Below are positions 12,568 to 30,151 of a stretch of 64,000 nt of DNA, one piece after another. The notes under the pieces were generated by a model, which saw nothing but the letters and a program-made list of their open reading frames with translations, was not told the DNA's origin and did not search any database. The translations under genes were made by a program, and so were the position numbers. This stretch comes from the human T2T-CHM13v2.0 reference genome, Homo sapiens: assembly GCF_009914755.1 (NCBI RefSeq), contig NC_060936.1; one strand, given 5' to 3'. The stretch's first letter is position 1. Each line of letters opens with the position of its first letter.

Positions 12568-14932
12568 CAGTTTCTGGTCTAGCAGGTGAGGAGCTTGGAA
12601 GTCACTCTGTCCTCACAAACTGAAAATCAGTAACTCTTCTATGCGAAAAGCAAGGTGACAGGAAAATTGCTGTCCCCCAAATTGGAGAAACAGACAGATG
12701 GATAGAGAGAATTACTATTTACCAGAGCAGAAACCCATAAGCAGAAACCTCCGTGGGAAACAGTGCCTGGATAGGAAAACCTAAACTGTAATAGGCAAAT
12801 TGCTGGAAGTTCAGTATGAATAAGTCTGAGCTAAAAACTCCATGGACCCCCCACCTTCACGGACACACTTTCACACGTTCTATAAACCAGGTTTATAGAG
12901 TGACGATGGGAGAAAAATCCCCTTGTGCCTCTGGTAGCGGGGAAGAGACAATTAACCATTTTGAAATATGCCAGAGCATTCTGTTCCTTTTAACAAGGCC
13001 TGTCCTCAAGAGAAATTGTTTTATCACAGCCTAACTTACTAGGGTTTAATCAGAGCCTAACTGACTTGGGGGAAGGGAATACCCAACGCCAGCCTACTGT
13101 AGCTGTCCTTTCCCACCTAGAGGGAGAAAAAACTGAGAAGCACTTGTGAAGTTCACAGGCCAGGGGCACCAGCTCACTAAAAGACTGAAACCTAATTATG
13201 GAACCATAGAATGCTTCCCCTCCCCTCATACCTTACCACCATGTCACCAAAAGTTTACTTATCAGAGTTCCTTTAGCCCAGTACAGTATGTCTAGCTTTC
13301 AACAAAAAATTACAAGGTATACTAAAAGGCAAAAAACACAATTTGAAAAGACAAAGCAGTCACGTACCAGACTCAGATATAGCAGGGATGTTGGAATTAT
13401 CAGACTGGGAATTTGAAACACTAGAAAGGCTGTAATTGAAAAAGTAGACAACATAAAAGAACAGATGGGTGAGGTAAGCAGAGAGATGAAAATGTAAAGA
13501 ATCAGAAGGGCTGGAGACAACACTAACAGAAATGAAGAATGCCTTTGACAATGGGCTCATTAATAGACTGGACGCAGCTCAGGAAAGAATCTTGGAGCTG
13601 GAGGGTATGTCAATAGAAACTTCCAAAACTAAAAAAGCAAAAAGATCAAAACAATAAAAAATAAAAAGGAACATAATCTCTAAGAACTGTGGGGCAACTA
13701 CAAAAGGTATAACATACACATAATGGGAGCACCAGAAGAGAATAAAGACAGAAAGGAACAGAAGAAATAGCTGAAGCAATAATGGCTCAGAATTTCCCTA
13801 AATTAATATCAAACAAAACCCCACAGATATAGGAAGCTGGATAAATGCCAAAACAACAACAACAATAAACCCCTCAAAATGGATACCTAGGCATATCATA
13901 GTCAAAATACAGAAAAATCACACATAAAAAATATAGAAAGATCCAAAGCAAAAAAAAAGCAGTTATAAAGGAATAAAGAATTATGTTTGACTTCCCCTCA
14001 GAAACCATGCAAGCATGAAAAGAGTGGGGTGAAATACTTAAATAAAATCCAACAATCTAAAATTCTGTATCCTGAGAAATTATCCTTCAAAAGTAAAGGT
14101 GAAATAAAGGACTTTTTCAGACAAAAATTGAGGGAGTTTGTTGTCAGTACACCTGACTTGCAAAAATTGTTAAGTTCTTCCTAGAGAATGCAGTTGATAT
14201 GGGTCAGAAATTCAGATCTGCACAAAAAATGGAAAATCATTAGAAATGGAATAAGCGAAGATAAGTTAAAATTATTTTTCTTATTCTTAATTGATCTAAC
14301 AAATAACAGTTATAATAATAGCCACCATGTATCCAATTATTATAGCTTATGTATAAGTGCAATGAATGACAGCAGTGATATAAGGGATGGAAGGGAGGAA
14401 TTAGGAATAGCGTAAGGCACTTGCAGTACCCACAAAGGGCTATAGTGTTTTCTGAAAGTGGAACTGGATTAGTAGTACATTGCAAACTCCAGGGCAACCA
14501 CTAAAAACAGTGAATAAAGAAATATAACTGAAATAAATAAATAGTGTAAATAAATAAATATAACACTAGGAGAGAAAATGGAATAACATAAAATGCTCAG
14601 TTAAAACCAAAAATGGCAGAAAAAAGGTGGAAGACAATAATTGGAACAAAGTACAAGGGAAACAAATAGAAAACAGTAATAGACATGGTAGACAGACATC
14701 ACTTCAAAAGTTAATGGTCTAAATACAGCAAGTAAAAGACACTGTCAGAGTGGATCAAAAAACAAGACTCCACTATATGTTGTTTTCAAGAAGCTCACTT
14801 TCAATATAACGATACATATATTAAAAGTAAGAAGATGGTTAGCATATACCATGCTAACACTAATCAAAACTAAGCTGAACTAGCTATATTAATTTCAGAC
14901 AGAGTAGACTTCAGAGCAAGGAAGTTTATTAG
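12568..14932 (+). mobile_element. Ancient L1M (L1MC/MD group) 5'UTR, ORF1 and start of ORF2
   Basis: Degenerate ORF1 peptide KILYPEKLSFKSKGEIKDF...LREFV, endonuclease-like aatggtctaaatacagc...ccactatatgttgt and an A-rich strand. Confidence 0.8.
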
Positions 14933-16817
14933 GACTCTGGGTTAATTCATAATTGTAAATGTCCCAAAAACATTTCAAAACATTCTAAAAACAAAGTCCT
15001 AACTAAATCCTGATTCTTTCACATTTGCCTCCAAATTATACTCTCAGTTTTTATCCAGTTGTCAGTATGTCAGTGATTAGGCTTAGTTCCTAAATCCATA
15101 ACCAGTGACCCTGCAGGAAGAAAACAGTACCACAATTTTCAGGTCAAGACAGTTACTAAAATTTTCCATTATAAAGCACATTGTAAAAAATAAACAATAA
15201 AGGGTACTGGTTAAAAATGACTTTGGCACCAACTAAGCTTGGTCTTAATTCAGATTTATAAAGCTGAGCTACTTAATGTAAGTGACTCTGCTTCCTCTGA
15301 CTCAATTATTTTGTATTTCATAAAATAGGGGTAATAATAGTGTTTTGGATATAGGATTTTTGTGAGGATAGAATGAAATCATGTACATTAAGTATCTAGC
15401 ACATAACGAGTGTGTTATTTTATAAAGAAAATGTATAAATGGAATAATTATAAAATGCAAATTTCACCCAACTTGGTTATAATATTTAATGATTTTTTAT
15501 TATTAGATTTTCCCACTTAACAGGAATAAGAAACTATCTAAATGTATCATCCAAATGTGTTTATGTGAATACACATGCATTCATATCCTGTACAGATTTG
15601 CTGTTTGATTAAAGCAGCTATGCTATGCAGAGGTTCACTATAAAGCTTTTTTGCTGTTGTTAATGTAAGCATGGTGCCATGTTGCTGTTTTAATCTTTTA
15701 TTTTCCAGCCTGGGAAAAACTTCCGCTATTCCTTTGCTGACTGCAGGAATGCTTGAGATGCATGGACCTATTCATTTTTAAAAATTTATTGAGCACAGGG
15801 TCTGGTTCCAAGATGGTTGAATAGGAACAGCTCCAGTCTACAGCTCCCAGCATGAGCGACGCAGAAGATGGGTGATTTCTGCATTTCCAACTGAGGTACT
15901 GGGTTCATTTCACTGGGGCTCATCGGACAGTTGGGGGCAGGACAGTGGGTGCAGCCCACCGAGCGTGAGCAGAAGCAGGGTGAGGCACTGCCTCACCCGG
16001 GAAGCGCAAGGGGTCAGGGAATTCCCTTTCCTAGCCAAGGGAAGGGGTGACAGACGGCACCTGGAAAATCAGGTCACTCCCACCCTAATACTGCACTTTT
16101 CCCATGGTCTTAGCAAATGGCACACCAGGAGATTATGTCCCATGCCTGGCTTGGAGGATCCCACGGCCATGGAACCTCACTCATTGCTCACTGAGATCAA
16201 ACTGCAAGGCAGCAGTGAGGCTGGGGGAGGGGTGCCCACCATTGCTGAGGCTTGAGTAGGTAAACAAAACTGCCGGGAAGCTCGAACTGGGTGGAGCCCA
16301 CCTCAGCTCACTGAGGCCTGCCTGCCTCTGTAGACTCCACCTCTGGGGGCAGGACATAGCCGAACAAAAGGCAGCAGAAACCTCTGCAGACTTAAATGTC
16401 CCTGTCTGACAGCTTTGAAGAGAGTAGTGGTTTTCCCAGCAGAGAGTTTGAGATCTGAGAACGGACAGACTGCCTCCTCAGGTGGGTCCCTGACCTCTGA
16501 GTAGCCTAATTGGGAGGGACCCCCAAGTAGGGGCAGACTGACACCTCACACAGCTGGGTGCCCCCCTGAGACGAAGCTTCCAGAGGAATGATCAGGCAGC
16601 AGCATTTGCTGTTCAGCAATATTCGCTGTTATGCAGCCTCCGCTGCTGATACCTAGGCAAACAGCATCTGGAGTGGACCTCCAGCAAACTCCAACAGACC
16701 TGCAGCTGAGGGTCCTGACTGTTAGAAGGAAAACTAAGAAACAGAAAGGACATCCACACCAAAAACTTATCTGTACATCACCATTATCAAAGACCAAAGG
16801 TAGATAAAACCACAAAG

Positions 16818-17835
16818 ATGGGGAAAAAACAAAGCAGAAAAGCTGAAAATTCTAAAAATCAGAGCACCTCTCCCCCTCCAAAGGAATGCAGCTCCTCACC
16901 AGCAATGGAACAAAGCTGGACAGAGAATGACTTTGACAAGTTGAGAGAAGAAGGCTTCAGATGATCAGACTTCTCTGAGCTAAAGGAGGAAGTTCAAACC
17001 CATCACAAATAAGCTAAAAATCTTGAAAAAAGATTAGATGAATAGCTAACTAGAATAACCAGTGTAGAGAAGTCCTTAAATGACCTGATGGAGCTGAAAA
17101 CCATGGCATGAGAACTACATGACGAATGCACAAGCTTCAGTAGCCAATTTGATCAACTGGAAGAAAGGGTATCAGTGATTGAAGATCAAATGAATGAAAT
17201 GAAGTGAGAAGAGAAGTTTAGAGAAAAACGAGTAAAAAGAAATGAACAAAGCCTCCAATAAATACGGGACTATGTGAAAAGACCAAAGCTATGTCTGATT
17301 GGTGTACCTGAAAGTGATGGGGAGAATGGAACCAAGTTGGAAAACACTCTGCAGGATATTATCCAGAAGAACTTCCTCAACCTAGCAAGGCAGGCCAACA
17401 TTCAAATTCAGGAAATACAGAGAACGCCACAAAGATAACTCCTCGAGAAGAGCAACTCCAAGACACATAATTGTCAGATTCACCAAAGTTGAAATGAAGG
17501 AAAAAATGTTAAGGGCAGCCAGAGAGAAAGGTTGGGTTACCCACAAAGGGAAGCCCATCAGACTAACAGCTGATCTTTCAGCAGAAACTCTACAAGCCAG
17601 AAGAGAGTGGGGGCCAATATTCAACATTCTTAAAGAAAAGAATTTTCAACCCAGAATTTCATATCCAGCCAAACTAAGCTTCATAAGTGAAGGAGAAATC
17701 AAATCCTTTACAGACAAGCAAATGCTGAGAGATTTTGTCACCACCAGGCCTGCCCTAAAAGAGCTCCTGAAGGAAGCAATAAACATGGAAAGGAACAACC
17801 GGTACCAGCCACTGCAAAATCTTGCCAAATTGTAA
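16818..17835 (+). pseudogene. L1 ORF1p, disrupted
   Basis: ATG GGG AAA AAA CAA at 16818, with in-frame stops and a frameshift. The C-terminal 113 aa (17494-17835) are open. Confidence 0.9.
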
Positions 17836-17898
17836 AGACCATTGAGGCTAGGAAGAAACTGCATCAACTAACGAGCAAAATAACCAGCTAACATCATA

Positions 17899-21696
<3,798 letters not shown>

Positions 21697-21906
21697 ACAA
21701 TGAGAACACTTGGACACAGGAAGGGGAACATCACACACCAGGGCCTGTTGTGTGATGGGGAGAAGGGGGAGGGAAAGCATTAGGAGATATACCTAACGTA
21801 AATGATGAGTTAATGGGTGCAGCACACCAGCATGGCACATGTATACATATGTAAGAAACCTGCACATTGTGCACATGTATCCTAGAACTTAAAGTATAAA
21901 AAAAAG

Positions 21907-22610
21907 AAATTTGTTGATCACATACTATATGCCAGGCACTGTAGGAGGTGCTAGAGAGGCAGTAGTGAATAAGTTCCATGCTTTCATGCAGTGTATCTTC
22001 TAGCGTGGAATCCTCAGTGCCCACGCCATGGACGCATATTGGTTTGTGGCCTGTTAGGAACCAAGCCACACAGCAGGAGGTGAACGATGGGCAAGTGAGC
22101 ATTACCAGCTGAACTCTGCCTCTTGTCAGATCAGTGGACTCTTATGGGAGCACAAACCCTATTGTGAACTGTGCATGCAAGGGATCTAGGTTGTGCAGTC
22201 CTTATGAGAATTGAATATCTGGTGATCTGGGGCGGAACAGTTTCATCCCAACACCATTCCCCCATCAATCCCCAACCTCCTAGGTCTATGGAAAAAATTG
22301 TCTTCCATGAAACCGGTCCCTTGTGCCAAAAAGTTTGAGGACCGCTGTTCTGGTGGGAGAAACAGGCAAGGGATAAGAAAAGTAATAGTCTTCAAATAAT
22401 GATACCATGAAGAAAATGAAAGAGTGACTTGGTAATGTATTCGGTTGAAAGGCATGATTGCATTACACAGAGTCAAAGCAGGCTCTGAGAAGACAGGATT
22501 TTGAGCTGAAAATCACAAGAAAAGAACTGGATAAACAAAGAATAGGGCAACAAGCATACCAGGCAGAGACAACATCGTGTGCAAGTTCCCTGAGGTGGAA
22601 ATAAGACAGT
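21907..22610 (-). mobile_element. L2 3' fragment (also ~15770-15797), interrupted by the L1 and by MER1B
   Basis: atttattgagcacatactatatgccaggcactg is the L2 3' terminus in antisense orientation. Confidence 0.65.
22004..22347 (+). mobile_element. MER1B-like hAT-Charlie MITE
   Basis: ggcctgttaggaacc...cagcaggaggtga...aaaaattgtcttccatgaaaccggtccct...aaaaagttt. Confidence 0.85.
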
Positions 22611-22734
22611 TTTACAAATCCCTGAGTAACTTGCATGTAAATCCAGTCAATCATTTTATTATTCACTAGATGAGCTCACCATTTAAAAGAACATGTCAGA
22701 TTCCTTTTTAAAGTCATGACTCCCAACTTCTATG

Positions 22735-22914
22735 CAGTGGTTTCTAAACTATTGTGTGCTGAAAAATCACCTGCAGAGTTGTTGAAAATGGCTTCCTGAG
22801 CTGTATCCTCAGAGAATCTGATTCAGCAGGTGGCGAGGCCCGCAGATTTGCATTTGTAACACACTCAGGTGATGCCAATGCTACTAGTCTGAGGACCATG
22901 CTTGGAGAACTGCT
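22735..22914. mobile_element. MER5A hAT MITE
   Basis: cagtggtttctaaact...aatcacctg...tctgattcagcagg...tttgcattt...caggtgatgc...ttggagaactgctg. Confidence 0.8.
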
Positions 22915-23340
22915 GCTCTAACGTATGTTTTGTGAGTTTAGTATCTATTTGCTAAAAGTAAAGCATAACAAAATTTTCTTTTTTGTTAAAGACTAGACTG
23001 CATGCTGATGATCTGAAATTAGTTTTTGGAGGTGCAGTGGAAAAGTACACAAAACATTAAAGGTTAAAAGAAGTAGCCTCAATGTTTTATACTGCATTCA
23101 AAGCATCTATAGTAAGATGAGCTTAATTTCAATACAGCCAATTAGAGAGGGTTAATGTCACGGTTTTTGTTTGAATCAGGTTTCAAAAATTACTTTTTAA
23201 AACATTGAAAAGACTTTAAATGAGAGATTACTGATTTTCTAAACTTATTTTTATTTCTTGACTGTGAGATCACAGAAATTGTGTATTAAATCCTGTTAAT
23301 CTGGAGAATATGGGAAGGTTGTTCTTTTCATCAACTGCCA

Positions 23341-23475
23341 TTCAGGAGGACACATATGGAAAAGAGATGGAGAAAGGAAGAAGGACATCAGGCTAGTCAG
23401 CCAGATCAGCTCAAATCATTCTGGTCAGCTGAGCTGGGAGGACATATGTCAAAGAAGCCAATGTGCTCCTGTTCC
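23341..23475 (-). pseudogene. Decayed 7SK snRNA retrocopy (5' ~135 nt only)
   Basis: The core ctagtcagccagatcagc (23393-23410) matches the reverse complement of 7SK gctgatctggctggctag at 17/18. Collinear flanking similarity includes ggacacatatgga, ggaagaaggaca and gacatatgtc. Confidence 0.75.
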
Positions 23476-23599
23476 TAGTAGTTGTTCTCAGGAAAGGATT
23501 TTATAAGCAAATTGCCTGTGCTTTGAACATTGTGACCTTAGTAGCATCAGGGATAGGATACGGATGATGAAAACAAAAGCTAACAGTTATCCAGTCCTT

Positions 23600-23820
23600 A
23601 CTATATGCTACTGCTCTACTTGCTTTCCATGATTCATTGATAACCTTCACTACACACAAGTGAGGTAGACGGTAGTAGCATCTCATTTTATAGACAATGA
23701 AAGTGAGGCAATGAGTGGTTCAGTAATTTAGGTTACTAGGCAGTAAGTTGAAAAGCTGGGATTCAAATCTAAATGATTTGAATTCAGTCTGACCTCTTAG
23801 ACAATGCATTATATTGCCTC
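23600..23820 (-). mobile_element. MIR SINE (other MIR remnants at ~7390-7575, ~15200-15420, ~24000-24130, ~31000-31150, ~42050-42260, ~57070-57240)
   Basis: MIR core ctcattttatagacaatgaaagtgaggc...ctgggattcaaatc. Boundaries are approximate. Confidence 0.65.
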
Positions 23821-24874
23821 ACATTTGACAAGAGTCTCTAAATGAAGATTTTTCAGGATTTGTTCCTGTAATCCATATGCACTCTTTTACAATGCAAGGA
23901 TTCCACAATTTCTTTCTGTTTTTAATCTATCTGCCTGGGTCTGAAAAGATGTTCCAAAGGAGGACATAGAGGGGAAGACTTTTGGTGTAGTCACTGCAAA
24001 GAAGAGTTTTCTATGACTTTCTAGTGTGATCTTGGGCAAGTGACAAAAATGTTTTGAACTTAAGTTTTAGTACCTGGAAAAGGATGACAATGTTTATTCC
24101 ACAGGATTGGACAATTAAATGAGGATTTTTCTGCCCACTGATACTGACATGTTCTGCACTATTCAGGTGTCCGTTATTCAGGTGAGTGGACAATTTATGT
24201 GTAATTCGTGGGATTTTCAAGGGTCATTTGACTTGGATTTTTGCCTTACCTGCTGACGTTAAGAACCTTAGTTAGATGTAACTCAACTGTAAGCCTTTGA
24301 ATGACAGTAGGTCTAGAGTCTTCAGAAGATCTCCTTGGGCTATTTCTAAGTCAGGCTCAGGAAGACACACAACTAATTATGGACACGTGTCTAGCAACTG
24401 CCAATATCAAACAAGTGTATATTTGCTAATTATAGCTATGATTGAGGCAGAATGGCAAGGGAGAGCAACGGAGTCCCAAAAAGAACTGTCAACTGGCCTT
24501 CCAGCACGATTGTTCATTTTCACTTACAGAACCACCACCAAAGATAATTTTTGACAACTCAACTTAATGGTTCATGTCAACATCTGGTTCTGACAATAAC
24601 TATAATTATTACTTCAAGGGTTCCTAAGCACCACATTTCACAGTTTTATATTCAGTATTTAGAATAATTCTTTAGAACAATTTTTAGGTATTATAAAATA
24701 TTTTTAAAAGATGATTTATCATATCCATAATCAAAAGAAATAAAATATCATTAAAATGAGTAGGACTGCATTAATATATAGAGGTAGATTGTCTTTCTAG
24801 ATGCTTTAACTATCATCTAACCTACATCCAAGGAAGATAACTAGAAAAAATAAATAAGTGCAAGGGAAGTTAAT

Positions 24875-27800
24875 GAGTAATGAATTATTTTAACTTTTAT
24901 TTGATTATTTTCATTTACAGTTCTGGCACTGACACTTTTTTTAAAAAAAGATTTTAATTTTATGTAAAGATTGAACTTCAATAAAATAACTTAAAAAACA
25001 TTTACATGTATATCACTAAATCTCCATAAAATATACAATACTTTTGATACAGCATAGGCTAGGATGACTTTGAAGGAAATGGTACATATTCATAATTTTT
25101 AAGAGATATCCCATATATCGCTTGTGGGAATAAATACTTATATTGAATTTGCCAAGACATCTGAAGTATTAAATACTATATAACATGCACTCAGAAATTA
25201 AAATATACAGTTTGAAATACATATATTTTAAAAGCATAAAACTGTGATTTGATTTAATCTAGGTATACATTAGAGCTTCTAAATAGAAATTTGAATATTT
25301 ATTACAAATAAAAGATACTTTAACATCAAGTGATATATAGTCCAAAAGCTGCTAGGAGACAGTTTGGACGTGTAGAATATAAATTTCTACTTTGGCTAGA
25401 GTTGTCTCTTCTTTTTTAACCTTTAAATGAGATGGAATAATGTTGTTTGCTAAAACTTTAAAACTTTACAAAATGTTGGTTACTCATTAGCTGCATGATC
25501 CACTTCTTTTTCTCATTTATGCTGACATGACAAAATCAAACACATGAACTTAACTGTCTAAAATAAAAATGTGAATATTACTGCTAAATGAAGGCATTTA
25601 AAATTCCATAGACCAAATTACTCAAGTACAACAGACTATATATTTTGTACATATAAAGATTTACATAAATTATATTGTTTTAGCTCACTAGCAAATTATA
25701 CGGATAAAATACTTTCATGAACTTCTGAACATCAACACTCTTATAAAACACCTCTTTGATGATTACTGGCACACAAAAATTTCCTTCTCTAAAGAGACAA
25801 GATACAAGAAAGAGTTGGTAGCAGTTAGCTATTTGGCATTTTTAAATGATTGCTATTTCTAGAAAAATAGCAGCAGTATTGCTCACCTAGAAGAGCTGAA
25901 TGTACCGACAATTTATAGACTGCTACAACCTGAACCATTTCATCAAATTGGCTTTACATTATTGTACATGAGGCCAAGAAGATTGGTAAAAGTGACAGAA
26001 AACAGGATGTAAAAATTAATCCACAGAACAATTCTGAGCCTTCTTATTGGCAGCAGCTACATATGAGCTATAAATTTTAACCACAATTTAATACATTTTG
26101 CTATAAAGCACATATTATAAATTCTCTGCTCCTGGTCTGATATAATCATCTATTTCTTTTACTCATAGATACTGAAAAGGTCTTAATTTGGTAATTAAAA
26201 ACTTGTCACAACAAGTGAATAAAAGTCAGTTGTTAGGTACTTAGTATAAGTTGACATTTTATAACTTGCAATATGGTAAAAAAAAAATCTGATTATAACA
26301 AAACGTCTCATTAATTTTGTTGTTTTTAATAATTGTGCTGATGAAATAAAACCAAAATAACATTCCAACTCTCTCCACTGTATTACAGTATTTATGAACT
26401 GTATTAGTGTCACTAAATTCTGAGACTTTCTTAGATAAACATATGGATGGTATTTTCTAAAACATTCTTCCATTTCCACCAACTTCTGGATCTGTGAGTT
26501 ATTCTAATATATTTTCAATATTATTTTGTTGTTAAAAAGCAAAAGGGTAAGTTGTCAGCTTATATTTTTCCTGATCATTCTTCCCCTGTATAACAGATAC
26601 TGAAATTACAGCAAAAATTTCATAAATTCCTTGCTTTTACTGATTTCCCCTTTTAGAATGAATAACTTAATATTTAGACTCTTATGTACTAAAATCAGGT
26701 TCAGTGGTAAAATTAAATTATGAAAAAATAGTCGGTATTCTCATAGCATTTTGTATCAGGGAACTACTGTGTATGGCTGGGAACAAAATTTAAAATGGAC
26801 ACATTACCTTTTATTATTTATTATTTAAATATTTTACATATATTAAAAATAATCATGTTTTGGGAAATGATTGACTAAGGAGCAACAATCAAAATTATTA
26901 GGAATGTTTACATTGAAGAAAATTATTAACGGCAAACCCTTTTGACATCACATTCAGCCCTATGTGTTTACATGCAGATGAAATGATATATCCTCTTAAG
27001 TCTAGTGCAGATCAGACATCCAGCCTCAATAGGGATTTGGACCTTCTTCATTGTATTTTCCTAAGACATAATATACCTCTATCAAATCTGCAGCATGTTT
27101 CAAAGGAAGTCTGTAATTTTGGTTGAAAGCATGATACGTAATCTGTGTCTGCTTTAATATGGTAGGTCAAATCACATCATATATAAATTGTCCTACAAAA
27201 TATATATTTGATGATACTACAAATGGAATGTTTCCAAGTTGATAGTGGTAGCCAAATATGCTGGGAACTTAAAAGGTGCCTAATATAAAAAAACCTGCAA
27301 AATTTAAACATTTAATTTTTAATATACTATAAATGTTCACCAAATCTAAAAATAATACCCTAATTGTATAAGGTTCCTTTTCAAGTAATTGTTTCTAAAA
27401 AGTTATAAATAATTCTTATACTGTGCCTCTCTGTCTTATACTTCAAAGATATGGAATATTATCTTTAACACTATATAAATAACAAATAGTCCTTTAAAGT
27501 AGGGGCTCAGGGGAGTAGGGGAGGAGAACTGTGGCTAATTTTCCCTGTTATTATGTGCATTTATGGTTATAAAGTTGAAAACATTGTTTTCTTGTATCAG
27601 GGAGAACAGGCCATGTTCTGCTTTAGGAAATAACAAGAGTCCAGTTTCTCCTTTAATAAAGTTACTGTGCATCAGCCCAGCTGAGTTTATAAGTATATAG
27701 TTAGTTAAGGCTACATATACAATAAAGAGAAGCATTGAGGCAATTATTTTGATTAAGTCCAAAAAATAAATTTTTAGAGAGCACTTTATTGGTCTACTTT

Positions 27801-29875
27801 TTCTCCTTATTATATTTTGATTGTACCATATAGTAGCTTATTTTTCACTTCAATTTACCTGTGTAAAATATTAGATAAGAAATTTCTTATGAGATAAGAA
27901 ATATCAATAGAATAATAATTTTCCCTATTAAATCATATTTGCTTTTCTGAGGAAAAAATCAATACTAATATTCCCTTGGAAATCAATTGTTAAAGCACCT
28001 AATTCAAGGAAAAAACCTCTATAAAATATTAATTTTTTTTATTATATGAAATGACCAAAGGGAGAAAACGTTTTTGTTTTTGGTTAATGGATTTTTAGGG
28101 CACTAAATTGACAGTTTAAGCACATATTATACCTCTGGTGACTTAGAGAATGAACTTCCTCAGCTGTATTCTCAGCTTGATAACTGTGATAGGAACAAGC
28201 CAGACATTAAAAGAATAGAGTATCTTGGAGACTGGAAGAAATATTTTGAATATGGAGATAGCCACCTTTTCTCTCCAAATACAGTACCTTATTAGATGTT
28301 TAGAGCCATTTAAAAATGCATCAAACTGATGTATTCCTAACTGGCCACAGAAGATTCATTCATATTTTTCCTGGAACTAGCAAGTAATTTTGTGATCAAG
28401 TAATTTTGTACATACTATATAGTTCTTAATAGAAAAGCAAAAATTAAGAGTTCAGTGATGAATTACCATAAAAACCAATGAATACTTTGGAAAGACATTG
28501 TGGAAATATAATTAAGCCTGCATTTCTTATAGACGTGCTATATTAGAACCAATTATCTGTTCCAATAGGCAATCTCAATTTTTACACAAGAAGGAAAAAC
28601 TAAGCCAAGAATAAGAAAAACACAGAGACAAATCTATGTATCTTTTTTTTTTCTGGTAAATTCTCAGGAAAATGAGAAAAGTGTGCAAAATAAAAACGAG
28701 TTTATGCTCTTAAAGTAAAAAAAGACAAGTACAATTAAATAATAATATGTGACATTTCCCTTAGGAAGAGCTAATAAAAAGTTAAGAAAAAAGTCCCATT
28801 ATTTTTATTAAACAAACACCAATAACAGCAGGATTATTTCTGCCACTGATTTCCTTCCTCTTTTTTGTTTCAAAAATTATTGTTTGAATAAAAGAAAGGG
28901 GAAAAATGGTTTGCTTGCAGCTATGTATGTAACACAAATGAAGGCACAAAATAGTAGGACTCCAAGGCCAATGAGGAAGGTGTAGTGATTTGGGCATGAA
29001 CAAAAACTGACCCTGATATACAGTTAAAGATCTGGCACTATTTTGCATTTATAATTGCATACCTAAGTGACTAACCAATTTGGAACCCATAAAAACCTTT
29101 AATCTGTTACTTTCTGAACATAAAAGGTACTTCTCAAAACTTCCTAGCTCATCTGCGCAAATGTATGCCTTATCACTGATGCAAAAAAAAGAAGTATGAA
29201 AACAACCCGACAGATTATATTTTCATAATGTTCAAAAGATAGTGTGCAGAGTCAGTATCTGAAGAACTCCCAATATCTGAATTGGAGAGAAACAAAAATA
29301 TGGAATCCAAAGGAGATACGGACAGCTGTGCCCTTGTAGGAGGCACTTTGGAATTTGTTGATGAAAGCTTACATGGAATTTAGTTTGTAACAGCTGATCA
29401 GAGATAAGCCACTACTCTGTAGGAAAACTGAGGGCCAATAGGCCATCTTTTGACACAGAACACCCTTGGACCATCTCCCAGAATCCTTTATAAATATATT
29501 ATACATATGTAATTTGGCTAGATTAGCACTGACTCTGTTGCCACTAATAATTATAAATGGTCTTAGGAAAAAAGGATACCACTGAAGTCACTGGGTACAA
29601 TATTCATTTTAGACTATTTCAGGAAGGCATTACACACATTTGCTTAAGAATTATTAGATTAAAATCTCTGTAAATATTTTTTAAAATATTGTTCCTTGTG
29701 GAAAAAAAAAGTCATCATGGTTGTATCTTCCTCCTAATCAAGTATTCTAGAATATGAAGTCAATCAAAACTAGGCTGTGGAAAGAACCAGATTAGAAGCA
29801 GGGCAGTGAAGTCACCAATTGCTGTTCTTCTCCCCCCAGTTTGTTTAAATAACTAAATATATGAGCAGCTGAAAA
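24875..29875 (-). other. SLC2A13: SLC2A13 long 3' UTR (~5 kb); distal end inferred
   Basis: Follows the stop codon, is very AT-rich, has no recognisable interspersed repeat and ends at a well-formed poly(A) signal. The exact cleavage site is inferred. Confidence 0.75.
24896..24901 (-). terminator. Distal polyadenylation signal AATAAA of SLC2A13
   Basis: Plus tttatt at 24896-24901. On the minus strand a UGUA lies upstream (plus taca 24916-24919) and a U-rich element downstream (cacttatttattttttctag). Repeat-rich DNA resumes shortly beyond it. Confidence 0.7.
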
Positions 29876-30151
<276 letters not shown>

